Source: Raja brachyura
Taxonomy: Eukaryota
Assembly: GCA_963514005.1 (NCBI GenBank)
Contig: OY740800.1
Span: 24,862,001 to 24,926,000, forward strand
Direction: 5' to 3'
DNA: 64,000 bases
The notes below the pieces were generated by a model that made no database searches, was not told the origin of the DNA, and saw only the letters and a program-made list of their open reading frames with translations. Position numbers and translations under genes: made by a program. This document shows positions 1-11,860 of the stretch, piece by piece (within the stretch, counting starts at the first letter, position 1; every line of letters begins with the position of its first letter).

Positions 1-216
1 GGACCCTTTGCTTCTTCCTGGTGCTTTCCAAGCCTGTGGCCCGACAAACCTGTTGTGAAAATAGAAATCGTCACCAAACTAAAATTAACTTTGCCATCAA
101 ATACCATAAAGGAAATATCCATAGTCAGAAATATCCAGAGTCAGAAATGCATTTTTAAATTATGATTCCAATCAACTGATAACAATAACTGATAACATCA
201 ACTAATAACTGTTAAG

Positions 217-365
217 TTAGTTGATAGAATCGCTGCCTTACAGCACCAGAGACACAGGTTCGATCCTGATTACGGGTGCTGTCTATAGGTAGTTTGTATG
301 TTCTTCCTGTGACCACGCAGGTTTTCTCCAGGTGGTCCGGTTTCCTCCCACACTCCAAACACGGA
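217..365 (+). mobile_element. HE1-like tRNA-derived V-SINE, 5' part
   Basis: tRNA-like head (gctgccttacagcaccagagacacaggttcgatcc, B-box GTTCGATCC) followed by the V-SINE core tccggtttcctcccacactccaaa; many near-identical copies in the window. Confidence 0.8.
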
Positions 366-494
366 CATCGCAAATTCAAATCAAGCGTGCCATTCGGCCC
401 ATCGTGTTCATGCCTACCAAATTGGATTCCATTTCAATTCTGCTTTCCAGCTCAAACAAGATTACAGCTATCGATGATCATCTATATTAGTTTA

Positions 495-775
495 TAAGTG
501 GAGTCAACATTGTTTTGTTGTCTATGCCCAGAAACACAACTGTGAAATTCTTATTTGCAGCAGCACAACAGAATATGTAAACACCATAATAAACAAAACA
601 TAAGTTCAGTATATTTAAAAAATAAAAAAAAACACAATGCCCCCGAGTTTATATATTTCTGAGTTTAGTTGGAGGTTGTAGTATTTAACAGCATGATGGT
701 TGTTGAGGAGAAGATGTTCCTGAACTTGAGCGTTACAGCTTTCAGGCTCCTAAATCTTCTTCCTGATCGGGAGAG
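495..775 (-). mobile_element. Rex1/Babar LINE 3' fragment
   Basis: Reverse complement matches the 3' end of the Rex/Babar copy at 28430-28740 (cctgaa..ctg.aacg....gttcagga.ca.cttct..; gctgcaaataagaatttca tail). Confidence 0.6.
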
Positions 776-1063
776 TTTGTCTCCACAACGCTGAGGCTTT
801 GAGTACCAGCAGCTCCTCATTGTATTTGGTGCTGGCTCGAAGGGCCGAATGGCCTTCTCCTGCACCTATTGTCTATTGTGAAAATATTTATTTTACTCAT
901 CTCCCTTCTGAAACCTATATCAGTTACTTTAAATCTGTGTTTCATCACTACCGTTCTATCTGCTCTGGGGAAAGCATTTCTTGCTCACCACTTCATAACG
1001 ACATTTCATCATTTGATACACCTTAGTCTCCTTTGTTCTCAACAATACAATTGCAAACTAAAA

Positions 1064-1212
1064 GAACACAAAGTGCTGGAGTAACTTAGCAGGTCAGGCA
1101 GCATCTCTGGAGAACATGGATAGGTGACGTTTTGGGTCTGGGACCCTTGGTCAGCTCCATGTTCTCCAGAGATGCTTCCTGACCTGCTGAGTTACTCCAG
1201 CACTTTGTCTCC
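1064..1212. mobile_element. Palindromic Penelope-terminal cassette (inverted repeat)
   Basis: acaaagtgctggagtaacttagcaggtcaggcagcatctctggagaacatgga is mirrored by tccatgttctccagagatgcttcctgacctgctgagttactccagcactttgt. Confidence 0.75.
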
Positions 1213-1329
1213 TTTGTCCGCAAGTATGGTCGATGGGCCTGTTGCCGAGCTTCATCACGACTACAAGTTTTCAAAATCATTTCTTCCGTTTTGTAGCTAG
1301 ATTAATCTATATTTCCAGCAACATCTGAA

Positions 1330-1570
1330 TGAACTGCAGATGCTGGTTTACACTGATGAAAGACATAAAATACTGGAGTAACTCAGCGTGTTGGGCAGCA
1401 TCTCTGGAGAAACAGTATGTTGGTGTTTTGGATCGAGACCCTTCTTCAGACGGAAGAATTTGAAGAAGTCCAAAGGCATCTGAAGAAGGGTCTCGACCTG
1501 AAATGTCACCTATTCCTTTTCTCCAGAGATGCTGCCTGACCCACTGAGTTACTCCAGTAATTTGTGTATA
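1330..1570. mobile_element. Palindromic Penelope-terminal cassette with two opposed hammerhead-like cores
   Basis: tcgagacccttcttcaga (minus-strand core) and ctgaagaagggtctcgacctgaaatgtcacct (plus-strand core) lie within inverted arms. Confidence 0.75.
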
Positions 1571-1689
1571 ACATCTGAATTTAGAAGAACTCCAGCTGTT
1601 GCAATACATAAGTTATCCCAGTTAATTCTGGCTTTATTGAGGTTCAGCAAAAAGTATAAATGTATTATTTTACTTTTTAGTTTACTTTA

Positions 1690-1882
1690 CTTTAGAGAAA
1701 CAGCATGAACACAGACTCTTCGGCCCACAAGGTTTGTGTCAACCAGCGATCACCCCGTACACTAGCACTATTGTACACACTAAGTACAATTTCCAAATTT
1801 TCACCAAAGCCAGTTAACTTGTAAACCTGTCCATGTTTGGAGTGTGGGAGGAAACCGGACCACCTGGAGAAAACCTGCGTCA
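1690..1882 (-). mobile_element. HE1-like V-SINE, 3' part
   Basis: tttggagtgtgggaggaaaccgga core and (tttag/tttac)n tail on the minus strand. Confidence 0.8.
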
Positions 1883-2269
1883 CATGACTGACAGGCTCTT
1901 GCTTCAATAATATTGTGGATCCAACAATGGCTTTAAGAATATTTACCACATCTTCTCACCCATACATTCAAATATATTTTTTATACACCTGATACAATCT
2001 AATCACACTCGTGTAACTATTAAACATCCTCGTCTCAAATTCAGGATTCCCTCGAGATGACCTTGAAAATTCCCTCACCCATCACCGTTGCTATTTCACC
2101 ACACCTACCTAGAAACTAATTACGGTGGAGTTTGTGTAAAGTACAAATGTATTTTGTGCACTTTCTTGAATTTTCTGATAAGAATGAAATGTTGCAGGTT
2201 TTGTGCACACTTACTTGTAATTCTTCTCCTAATTAACACACAAGGGTTAAAACTGAAATGTAATATAAA

Positions 2270-2472
2270 AGGACCTGCAGATGCTTGTTTATACCAAAGA
2301 TATGGACACAAACTGCTGAAGTAACTTTGCGGGTCAAACAGCATGTCTTGAGAAAATCAATAGGTGACGTTTCGAGCCGGTAGGCTTTTGTGTCCGGACC
2401 CGAAACGTCCCCTGTCCATTTTCTCCAGATATGTTGCCTGACCCGCTAAGTTACTCCAGCACTTCGTGCCTA
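2270..2472. mobile_element. Palindromic Penelope-terminal cassette
   Basis: aggtgacgtttcg...cccgaaacgtc inverted cores with inverted arms. Confidence 0.7.
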
Positions 2473-2797
2473 TTAGGGTTAATTTAGAGCATTCACAAGC
2501 TTTGTCAGGTTGTGAGTATTGACATGCCAAACCGGCTGACGCAGGCTACTCCTGGCTTAGCCGCAGGTAATGTTCTACGGCAAATGTTTCCCGTCAATCA
2601 AACTGTATTTTAATAAAAACAACCCTGTGCATTTGCTTTCAGATAACGCATATTACAAAGTACAGTATTGTCGGAAAATACCAATCTCAATTCTTAAGAA
2701 TTCGCAACTTTAGTTTGGCTAAGAATTGGGGAAATTGGCTTTTAATTTTTTTTCTTAATACAGTATCTGCTCAGGAAATTTGCAGCTCTGTAGCTAG

Positions 2798-3505
2798 AGT
2801 CATAGAACACAGAAAAAGGCCCAATGACCCAACACACCCACACCGACTAAGAGGCCCCATCTGAGCTAGATCCATTTGCCCGCGTTTGAACCATATCCCT
2901 CTGAACCTATTCTATCCATGTATGTATCCAAGTGTCTTTTAAATGCTGTTACAGAACCTGCCTCAATTACCTCCTCTGGAAGCTCGTCCATATACCAACC
3001 AAATTCTTTGTGGAAAAAGTAGCTCCTAAGTTGCTGTTAAATCTTGTCCCTCTCACCTTAAACCCATATCCTCTGGTTCTTGATTCACCTACCCTGGATA
3101 AAAGTGTGCATTCACCCGATCTATTGCCCTCATTATTTTATTCACCTCTTTAAAAAAAAAATCACCCCTTTGCCAGCTGTACTCCAAGGAATATAGTCCT
3201 AGCCTGCCCAACCTCTCCCTATAGCGTGTTCTTGCAACATCTTCGTAAATCCACTCTGCACTCTTTCCAGTTTATTAATAATAAAAAATTCTATAACAGG
3301 GTGACCAACCGGGTAAACACAGTACTCCAAATGTGACCTCGCCAATGTCTTACACAACTGTAGCGTAACGTCCCAACTTCTATGTTCAATACCCTGACTT
3401 ATGAAGGACAAAGTAACAAAATCTTTTTTTACCACCCTATCTTGTGTGATTACACTTTTAGGGAACTACAGTATGGACCTGCACTCCTAAATCACTCTGC
3501 TAGAC
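2798..3505 (-). mobile_element. CR1 LINE 3' fragment (decayed RT C-terminus)
   Basis: ORF 3199-3435 reads FISQGIEHRSWDVTLQLCKTLARSHLEYCV..LERVQ, the typical CR1 post-RT region. Confidence 0.85.
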
Positions 3506-5024
3506 ACAGCGATATGGTACAAGTTATCTAGAGGGCTTTTAGAGGTAAAAAGGACTCAGGTTTCACGTGTTTGTTTTGTGCTGAGAGTTCGTACAGCAAC
3601 TTAACTGTTTTGATTCCAAAAACATTGGTTCAAACTTGCTATAATTAGTTTTGTGCTCAAGATGACGCATTTAACCATCTGGCTATTGCTAGGTTAACAA
3701 TATCATGCATCTTCCTACCTCCTCAAGACAAGAAAACATTGCGACACAAAAAAGATTCACAACTAAATGTTATTCAAAATGTGCGCTGGCCACCATGGTG
3801 TTTAACAGGTTTTTAACTTTCAAAACCATAACAAATCAGATTTTGAGATGGACATTATCAGAGCTTTTAAATGTCACAACTCGGTTGATTTACTTGCAAT
3901 TGCTGATAATGTTAGAATTTATTTTACAAAGTTCTGCCAGTTGGCACTAATGTAGTTTATATTTGCAAAAGATTTGTAGCTTTCTACCTATAATCTGAGC
4001 CATGAGTTGGTTATTGAAAGAAACTGATTTTTTTTTACTAAGGCTGTTTCTTAGCTTTTCCTGGGCTAATCTGAGTTGGTTCATTGCTCAGTTACGGCCT
4101 AATGTTAATAGCCAAGTCATTTAATGAATAAAGTGTTTTCTTAAAATCAATCATGTAATTAAAAAGTAGTTTAGAATCATACCACAAAAATAAAATACCA
4201 ATTATCTATATTTTTTGGGTTAAATTAAGTGCCCTCTTTTAGTTGTTTGTGGTTTTTCCCTTATTTTTTCAAAATATATTTTCATTGTTTTGCAATCATT
4301 CAGAAACATTCTGTTTTTTTCAAAGGCTTTATAATTGGCTATGCCTATCTGCATGGCAAAGCATTTTCAAATATGATTTATCGCAGCACCGCCTTGCCTC
4401 CTGCTACCCCTTCACAATTGAGGAACATCAACAGGGACTTGCTGCTGAGACCATGGATGGCAGTGAGGGAGTTTCAGGGGAGGAGGGGTGTGTGGGAGGA
4501 GGGGTGCATGGGGGAGGGAGGTGTTGGGGGTGGGTTGTGGTGAGGGAAAGAAAGATTTTGCTTGGGGATAATTACGTGCAAGCACATCGATCAACAGTGA
4601 ATGCAGTCAGCTCCTCGCAAACCAGAAAATCCATGGTAGAGCTTTCTTTAATTTTGATGGTTAACTTTTGATTAAAGATAGCGAAAATTGAACTTGTCTT
4701 CTGTTTGTCCCACACATTAACTGTAATTGATTGACAGACCTCATTGAAACAAAAATTGCATGATATTTTTAATATCATGATTTAATGTCAGGATTTTTTT
4801 TAAAAGCTGGAAAAAATACATTAACAATTACACTGGGGTCCCACATTATGTGAAAAGAAAAAATATGTGTTTAACATATGCAATTTAGAACATTTTCAAT
4901 ATAACCCATGATATTTGCAGCAAACCTCTAATGCAATAATTCTAATAAGAGTCTACAGCTGATTATGAAGTTTTGTATTAGACAATCATTCATTTTTTTA
5001 GTACACAAAAAAATCAATACTTAC

Positions 5025-5126
5025 ACTTGATTTCTGTGGTAGATAATTCCGATTACTAAAATCAGAAGTGTATTTTGTCATGCAAAAGATTGTATAAAGA
5101 GGCAGGCGGCAGTCTGCTGCGTTCAT
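5025..5126 (-). CDS. Candidate first coding exon (34 aa, MNAADCRLPLYTIFCMTKYTSDFSNRNYLPQKSS); possibly an N-terminal exon of the divergent neighbour gene
   Basis: ATG at 5126, 102 nt open frame ending in phase 0 at a perfect GTAAGT donor (5024-5019), in repeat-free sequence. The peptide is not recognised; OSBPL8 is suggested only by human synteny with ZDHHC17. Confidence 0.4.
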
Positions 5127-6115
5127 AGCGCTTTCTCAATCTCTCCTGTCCTCACAGGAGCCAACAGTAAAATGGAATGAGGAAATAATCAGGCAGAATC
5201 ATCAGAATTGCTTAAGCATTTGCTCACTCAAAAAGGCGGGGAATACACCAGACAACCTGCATCTTACGCTAGCAACGATCAAAGGTAAATTTGTGTGCCA
5301 ACAGTGTCCACAAATGAGGCTATTTATTACAGCAAAGAAATTTCAGCCATTATTTTCAAACGGTGTCAATAAAACTGAATCGCAATATCAGCTCATGCAA
5401 CAGATGTGCATACATATTAATGCCAAAAAGCACAAGATTAATGATCTTTTTTATTTAAAATGGCAAGGTTTTCCAGAAGATTAAATCATACAGCAAAAGA
5501 TATAAATTAAAAAGCCACGGTGATGTACACCTGTAAACTCAACACAATGATGCCTACATTTTGAAATTCAATAAACAAAGCACATGATCAAGGCATAGCA
5601 TAACAAAATACATCAGATGAAAGTTAAAGGCTTGCCAAGGAGAAAATGAATAAGGGAGTTGCCAATATGTGAAAATCACCAGTCCACTCCCCATTTTGGC
5701 CTATTTGTGATTTTGTAGCTACGTCGTTAGCTTTAACCTCCCTCTTCACTGACAAAACCAAACACTCAGTTTACAGGATAAACAGAGATTGGCACTTTCA
5801 AGCCAACCTTCAGGATCCCCCAATTTTTAAAGGTTAAAAGAAAAATGAAACAACAGTGAATTACATCAACTCACGATTCCGCAAAGACAGGGAGAAAGTA
5901 CAACTCTGTACAAACAGCACTCATAGTCAGGATCGAACCAGGGTCTCTGGCGCTGTAAGGCAGCAGCAAGTCTACCTCTGTGCCATAAGGTAATAAGTGA
6001 TAGGAGCAGAATTAGACCATTCGGCCCATTCAATCGGCTGATCTATCTGTCCCTCCTAACCCCATTCTCCAACCTTCTCCCCATGTTTTGAAAGCATTTG
6101 CATGCTCGAGGCACA

Positions 6116-6530
6116 ATAAACTGCTAGAATCTTGAGGGGGGATCTTATAGAAACTTACAAAATTCTTAAGGGATTGGACAGGCTAGATGCAGGAAGATTG
6201 TTCCCGATGTTGGGGAAGTCCAGAACAAGGGGTCACAGTTTAACGATAAGGGTGAAATCTTTTAGGACCAAGATGAGAAAAACATTTTTCACACAGAGAG
6301 TGGTGAATCTCTGGAATTCTCTGCCGCAGAAGGTATTTGAGGCCACTTCATTGGCTATATTTAAGAGGGAGTTAGATGTGGCCCTTGTGGCTAAAGGCAT
6401 CAGGGGGTATGGAGAGAAGGCAGGTACAGGATACTGAGTTGGATGATAAGCCATGATCATATTGAATGGCGGTGCAGGTTCGAAGGGCCGAATGGCCTAC
6501 TCCTGCACCTAGTTTCTATGTTATTATGTT
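6116..6530 (+). mobile_element. Young CR1 (HER1-like) 3' end
   Basis: RGDLIETYKILKGLDRLDAGRLFP..RTRGHSL..FFTQRVVNLWNSLP peptide and 3' tail ggccgaatggcctactcctgcaccta; very similar to 27585-27993 and 20655-21020. Confidence 0.92.
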
Positions 6531-7262
6531 TCAGACTAGTCAGGGGAAAGGGAAACGAGACGATAATGTAGAGAGATAAAGAATAATGAATGAAAGATAT
6601 GCAAAAAAGTAACGACGATAAAGGAAACAAGCCATTGTTAGCTGTTTGATGGGTGGAAACAAGAAGCTGGTGCAGGAGGGATGGAGAGAGAGAAAATCCC
6701 GGGGTTACTTGAAGTTAGATAAATCAATGTACATACATACCGCTGGGCTGTAAGCTGCCCAAGCGAAATACAAAATGCTGTTCTTCTAATTTGTGTTCAA
6801 CCTCACTGACAATGGAGGAGACCTGAGACAGAAAGGTCAGTGTGGGAATGGGAAGGAGAATTAAAGTGTTTAGCAACCGGGAGGGAGATCAGTGAGGTAG
6901 GCTGAGCGAAGGTGTTCAGCGAAACAATCGCCCAGTCCACGTTTAGTCTCGCTGATGTACAAGAGTCCATATCTTGAACAACAGATACAGTAGATGAGGT
7001 TGGAGGAGGTGCAAGGGAACCTCTGCCTAACCTGTAAGGACTTTAGTAGTCCTTAGACAGAGTCGAGGGAGGAGGTAGAGGCATCCTATACTACAGGCAT
7101 CTCCTGTGGTTGCATGGGAAGATACCTAGGGAGGGGATGGTTTGGGATGGGAAGGGATGAGTGCACCAGGGAGTTGCAGAGGAACGGTCTCTGGAAAGTG
7201 GAAAAGGGGTGGAGATGGGAAGATATAACTGGTTTAAACCAGCATCTGCAGTTCCTTGCTAC
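6531..7262 (-). mobile_element. Penelope-like element 3' fragment (decayed GIY-YIG region plus terminal repeat)
   Basis: Colinear with 37370-38120 (cagtagatgaggttggaggaggtgca, gctgcccaagcgaaata, aaggtcagtgtgggaatggga). Confidence 0.8.
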
Positions 7263-7683
7263 GCATATGTACTTCAGCCATCTTCTAAAGCGACATACTA
7301 ACTTGATCAGATCAAGGCACAGATTGTAAATCAACACACCTATTCATCAAACAAACAGATAACATTAGGACAATCACTACAAACCATGTAGACACAACGG
7401 ATAAATTCTAATCTATTTGGAACATCAGCACGATATCTCTCCAGTATCACATTTTAAAATAAACCTGATTCTTTCTATACTTTTATTACATGAAAGTTCA
7501 TTACCATGCAGCTAGAAACAGCTGCGTTTTTCAACTGGCTACACTGCATGACTCACCGCTGCGACTTTACGCTAATTATATTATGAAAATATACAGAACC
7601 AAAATGTACAAGTCAATGGTTCAATGGTATTTTATTATCACATGTACCTGGATACAGTTAAATTCTTTGTTTTGCATACAATT

Positions 7684-8494
7684 TTGGTGTGGTCTGGCGG
7701 CGCCTATCGGCAGCAGCTCGACTACAGTCAGTCTGTCTTTTTTTTAATTTCTCTTGTTAAATGTATGTCTTGACTCTAGTTTTTATTATTTTTCTTTAGC
7801 TGTGTATATGTGGGGGGAGGGGGTGGGGGGGATACCGTTAGTCTCTTACCTGTATGGGGACCCGAGTTTTTCCCTGTCGGGTCTCCAATGTCGTTGGGCC
7901 TAACATCGTGGAACCGGCGGCGGCCTCAGGCCGGAACCAACCTGAGGGCTCCAGTCGCGGAGCCTGCAGACCTGACATCGCAGAGCTGGCCGTCTTCGGA
8001 ATGGGAAGAGCTGTGGTGGTGCGCAGCTGCGACTCGACCTCGGAGGCTCTGGCCGTTGGCCCGGTGGACAGGAACATAGGGAGCTCGCAGGACCCTGGTG
8101 GGAGAGCACTTTTCGGAGCTCCCGCAACGGCAACTTCTCCCGCTGGAGTCGCGGGGTTTAAAGGACTCTGAGCGGGGCCGAACATCGCCTGGCTGGTTTA
8201 AACGGCCACGGGACTTACCATCGCCCGCCGAGGGCCGATGGTAACATAACACTTTAACATCGGGAGCCCCAGTCGCCTCGATGCTGCAGTTGGACTGCTG
8301 GACCGCGGGAGAAGAACAAAGGGAAGAGATAAGACTTTTGCCTTCCATCACAGTGAGGTGGTGTTGGAGATTCACTGTGATGGATGTTTGTGTAAACTGT
8401 GTTCAGTGTGGGTCTTGGGTTTTTTGGTAATGTAAGTGTAGAAAATGCAATTTCGTTCAAACCAAGCTGTTTGAATGACAATAAAAAGGCATTC
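7684..8494 (+). mobile_element. GC-rich non-autonomous retroposon with Rex/Babar-like 3' tail
   Basis: Flanked by a TACAATT duplication (7677-7683 / 8495-8501), ends aatttcgttc...gaatgacaataaa, interrupts another repeat and has no credible protein. Confidence 0.6.
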
Positions 8495-10145
8495 TACAAT
8501 TCAGTAAAATTATGCTATACATAACTACAATCATAAAACAAGTACAAGAATGCGACGATTGTTGTGTAAAAATTATAAGCCTTCACTGAGGCAGTACACA
8601 AAGAGTCGCCACATTTCCAGCATCAACTTGCGCCCTTCATGTTCCAAGTTCTGCGGAGGCACTGGGTCGGTGATGCTGTTGATATCCTCTCCATGCCGTT
8701 GCAGGTCCTGTCCGATGTGCGCCCTCATCCGACCTTTGTGGGGCCTGGTTCTGAGCCCTGGACCCCACGCTCCATCACAGACGTCCAGAGCATCCTTCGT
8801 CGTCAGAACAACAGTGCACAGCATTTTGCAATTGGCTGAATATTGCATAAGCTGATAACACTTATAAAGAAAATATACCAGATACCAAAATTATTGTGAA
8901 GCATCAGTTGTGATTATGAACGGCATTTAGGACCAAGCAAGATATGCACAGCAGTGCAATAAACGGCAGTGAAACAGATGGTATGATTTAGCAGCAGATT
9001 GAAGCAATTTTCTTTAGTGTATTTTTGCAGCTATCTAGTTCATAAGCTCTGAATTTCTACTCCCAAAATGCTTTGTTTTTCCATTTTTCTGAAAAATGTC
9101 ACCTATCCATTCTCTCCAGGGATGCTGCCTGACTCGCTGTTACTCCAGCATTTTGTGTCTTGTATCTTGAGGGTATTTTCTCTTTTTTCCCCCCCATAGT
9201 TACAGAGTTGCACTACAGAGAGAGCTCCCTCATCCCACTACGCCCATGCCAACATTTATGGCCACCTACACTAATCATTTGGCAGTATTCGGGCCGCATC
9301 CTTCTTTCCCTTGCTTATTTAAGTGCCTGTCTAAGTACCCCATAACTGTCACTGCAAGAATTCCCCTGCTCACAATGAGCACAAGTCTCCTAGCCCTTGC
9401 TACAAAGCAAGAGAAGCTTTTTTATGTGATTGGCAGACTTCCCACATTAATAAGATGTGAAGAAATTAAAAATGAAAGAAAAAGTGCCCAAGTTTTATTT
9501 CCATACAGATGTGGAAGCTAAATGTATCAACCACAGTTGGACGGCAGTGATGATCAACAGCAGTCACTGTAAACTTGGCTTTTACTGTAAAAAGATTGCA
9601 ATGGAAAATAAAGATAATTTCAGGAAATGTATTGGTTATTATTTTGAAAAAATCTCAGTTTTTACAAGTTCACAGACCTTTACAAGATTAATAAAATATT
9701 TGCATGCATATGGTTGAAGATTTAGTTAAGTATGTGACAAGAGAGATCCAACAGAATGCCTTGACGACACTTGTACATTGTAAACACTCCATTAATCCAA
9801 ATTATCTGTCCTTGTTGCAATTGCCTTCACATCAGAACAATGTCCATTCCCCACATCTGAAGATGTCTCTCCACCATAGCTGGCAGGAGTTCTGGCCATC
9901 TGTTACATTTCATGCACGTTGGATTCCCTGCCTCTCCTCCCTTCCAGAAGCCGGATAGAGCCAAGGAACAGCGACTTCAGCTTGGCACATGACATACTTC
10001 CAGACTCAACAAGGAGTTCAACAATTCCAGTTAATGAGATTTTCAGTATTTTGGTTTTGTTTCAGATTTCTAGCATCCGCACCATTATCCTTTTCAGATT
10101 TCAGTCTGCTTCTTTCAAATGCATCTTTGCGATACCATCTGCTTT

Positions 10146-11205
10146 CACAATAGACAATAAGTGCAGGAGTAGGCCATTCGGCCCTTCGAGCCAGCACCAC
10201 CATTTACTGTGATCATGACTCATCATCCACAATCACTACCCTGTTTCTGCCTTCTCCCCATATCCCTTGACTCCGCTATCGTTAAGAGCTCTATCTATGT
10301 CTCTCTTGAAAGCATCCAGAGAATTGTCCTCCACTGTCTTCTGAGGCAGAGAATTCCACAGATTCACAACTCTTTGGGTGAAAACGGTTTTCCTCATCTC
10401 CGTTCTAAATGGCCGACCCCTTATTCTTACACTGTGGCCCCTGGTTCTGGGCTCCCTCAATATTGGGAACACGTTTCCTGCCTTAATAATCTTATATGTT
10501 TCAATAAGATCGCCTCTCATCCTTCTAAATTCCAGAGTATACAAGCCCAGTCGCTCCTTTCTGTCAGCATAAGACAGTCCCGCCAACCCGAGAATTAACC
10601 TTGTGAACCTACGCTGCACTCCCTCAATAGCAAGAATGTCCTTCCTCAAATTTGGAGACCAAAACTGCACACAATAGTCCAGGTGTGGTCTCTTCACAGC
10701 CTGCTGTACCTGCATGCTTACTTTCAGTGACTGATGAACAAGGACCCCCAGATCTCGTTGTACTTTGCCTTTTCCCAATTTGACACCATTCAGATAATAA
10801 TCTGCCTTCCTGTTTTTGCCACCAAAGTGGATAACCTCACATTTATCCACATTAAACTGCATCTGCCATGCATCTGCCCACTCACCCAACCTGTCCAAGT
10901 CACCCTGCATCCTCAAGGCAGCCTCCTCACAGTTCACACTACCACCCAGCTTTGTGTCATCTGTAAATTTGCTGTTACTTTTAATCCCTTCATCTAAATC
11001 ATTAATGTATATTGTAAATAGCTGCGTTCCCAGCACGAGCCTTGCGGCACCCCACTAGTCACTGCTTGCCATTCTGAAAGGGACCTGGTAATCCCTACTC
11101 TTTGTTTCCTGTCTGCCAACCAATTTTCTATCCATGTCAGTACCCTACCCCCAATACCATGTGCTCTAATTTCGCCCACTAATCTCCTATGTGGGGCCTT
11201 ATCAC
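10146..11205 (-). mobile_element. CR1 LINE 3' kilobase (RT domain, decayed)
   Basis: VTSGVPQGS / LFTIYINDLDEGI..KFTDDTKLGG...WQMQFNVDKCEVIHFG peptides with frameshifts and the CR1 3' tail at about 10150. Confidence 0.93.
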
Positions 11206-11344
11206 CATTTCGTGACCACCTGTTTCACCATGCACTTGTGTCTTTTAGCATCCGCCATTTACAGTTTCACAGTCCTACCCTTGTGATCTCCTCTCCCCTC
11301 TATGCATTGCAGGACCGGTTTAACCTCTCATCTTCCCTAGCTCT

Positions 11345-11860
11345 GAAGTCATAGAGTCATACACCATGAAAACAGGCTCTTTGGCCCAACTTGCCCATGC
11401 CAACCACAATGTCCCTTCTACACTAGTTGCACTTGCCTGCGTTTGGCCCGTATCCCTCTAAACCCATCCTTTTCATATACCTGTCTAAATGCTCTTTAAA
11501 TAATGCAATAGTACGTCCTCCGGCAGCTCTTTCCATACACTCATCAGCCTTTGTATAAAAAGGTTACCCCTCAACTTCCTATTAAATCTCCCCCCCCCCG
11601 CCCCCTTCATCTTAAACCTATGTTGTTGGGTTCCTGATTCAACAAAGTCCTAGCCTGCTCAACCTCTCCCCATAGCTCAGGTAACAGCCTTGTAAATCCT
11701 GGTAACAGCCTTGTAAATCTTCTCTGCACCCTTTCCAGCTTGACAACATCTTTCCTATAAAACAGTGACCAAAACGGAACGCAATACTCTAAATGTCGCC
11801 TCACCAACATCGTATGTAACTGAAGCATGACCTCCTATACCCAATACTCTGACTGAAGAC
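11345..11860 (-). mobile_element. CR1 LINE 3' fragment, older subfamily
   Basis: LVRRHLEYCVPFWS..KDVVKLERVQRRFTRLLPG peptide plus 3' tail. Confidence 0.85.

Noticed and set aside
7810-8375. Five overlapping ORFs
   Set aside because: Stop-codon scarcity in a GC-rich repeat, with no protein motifs
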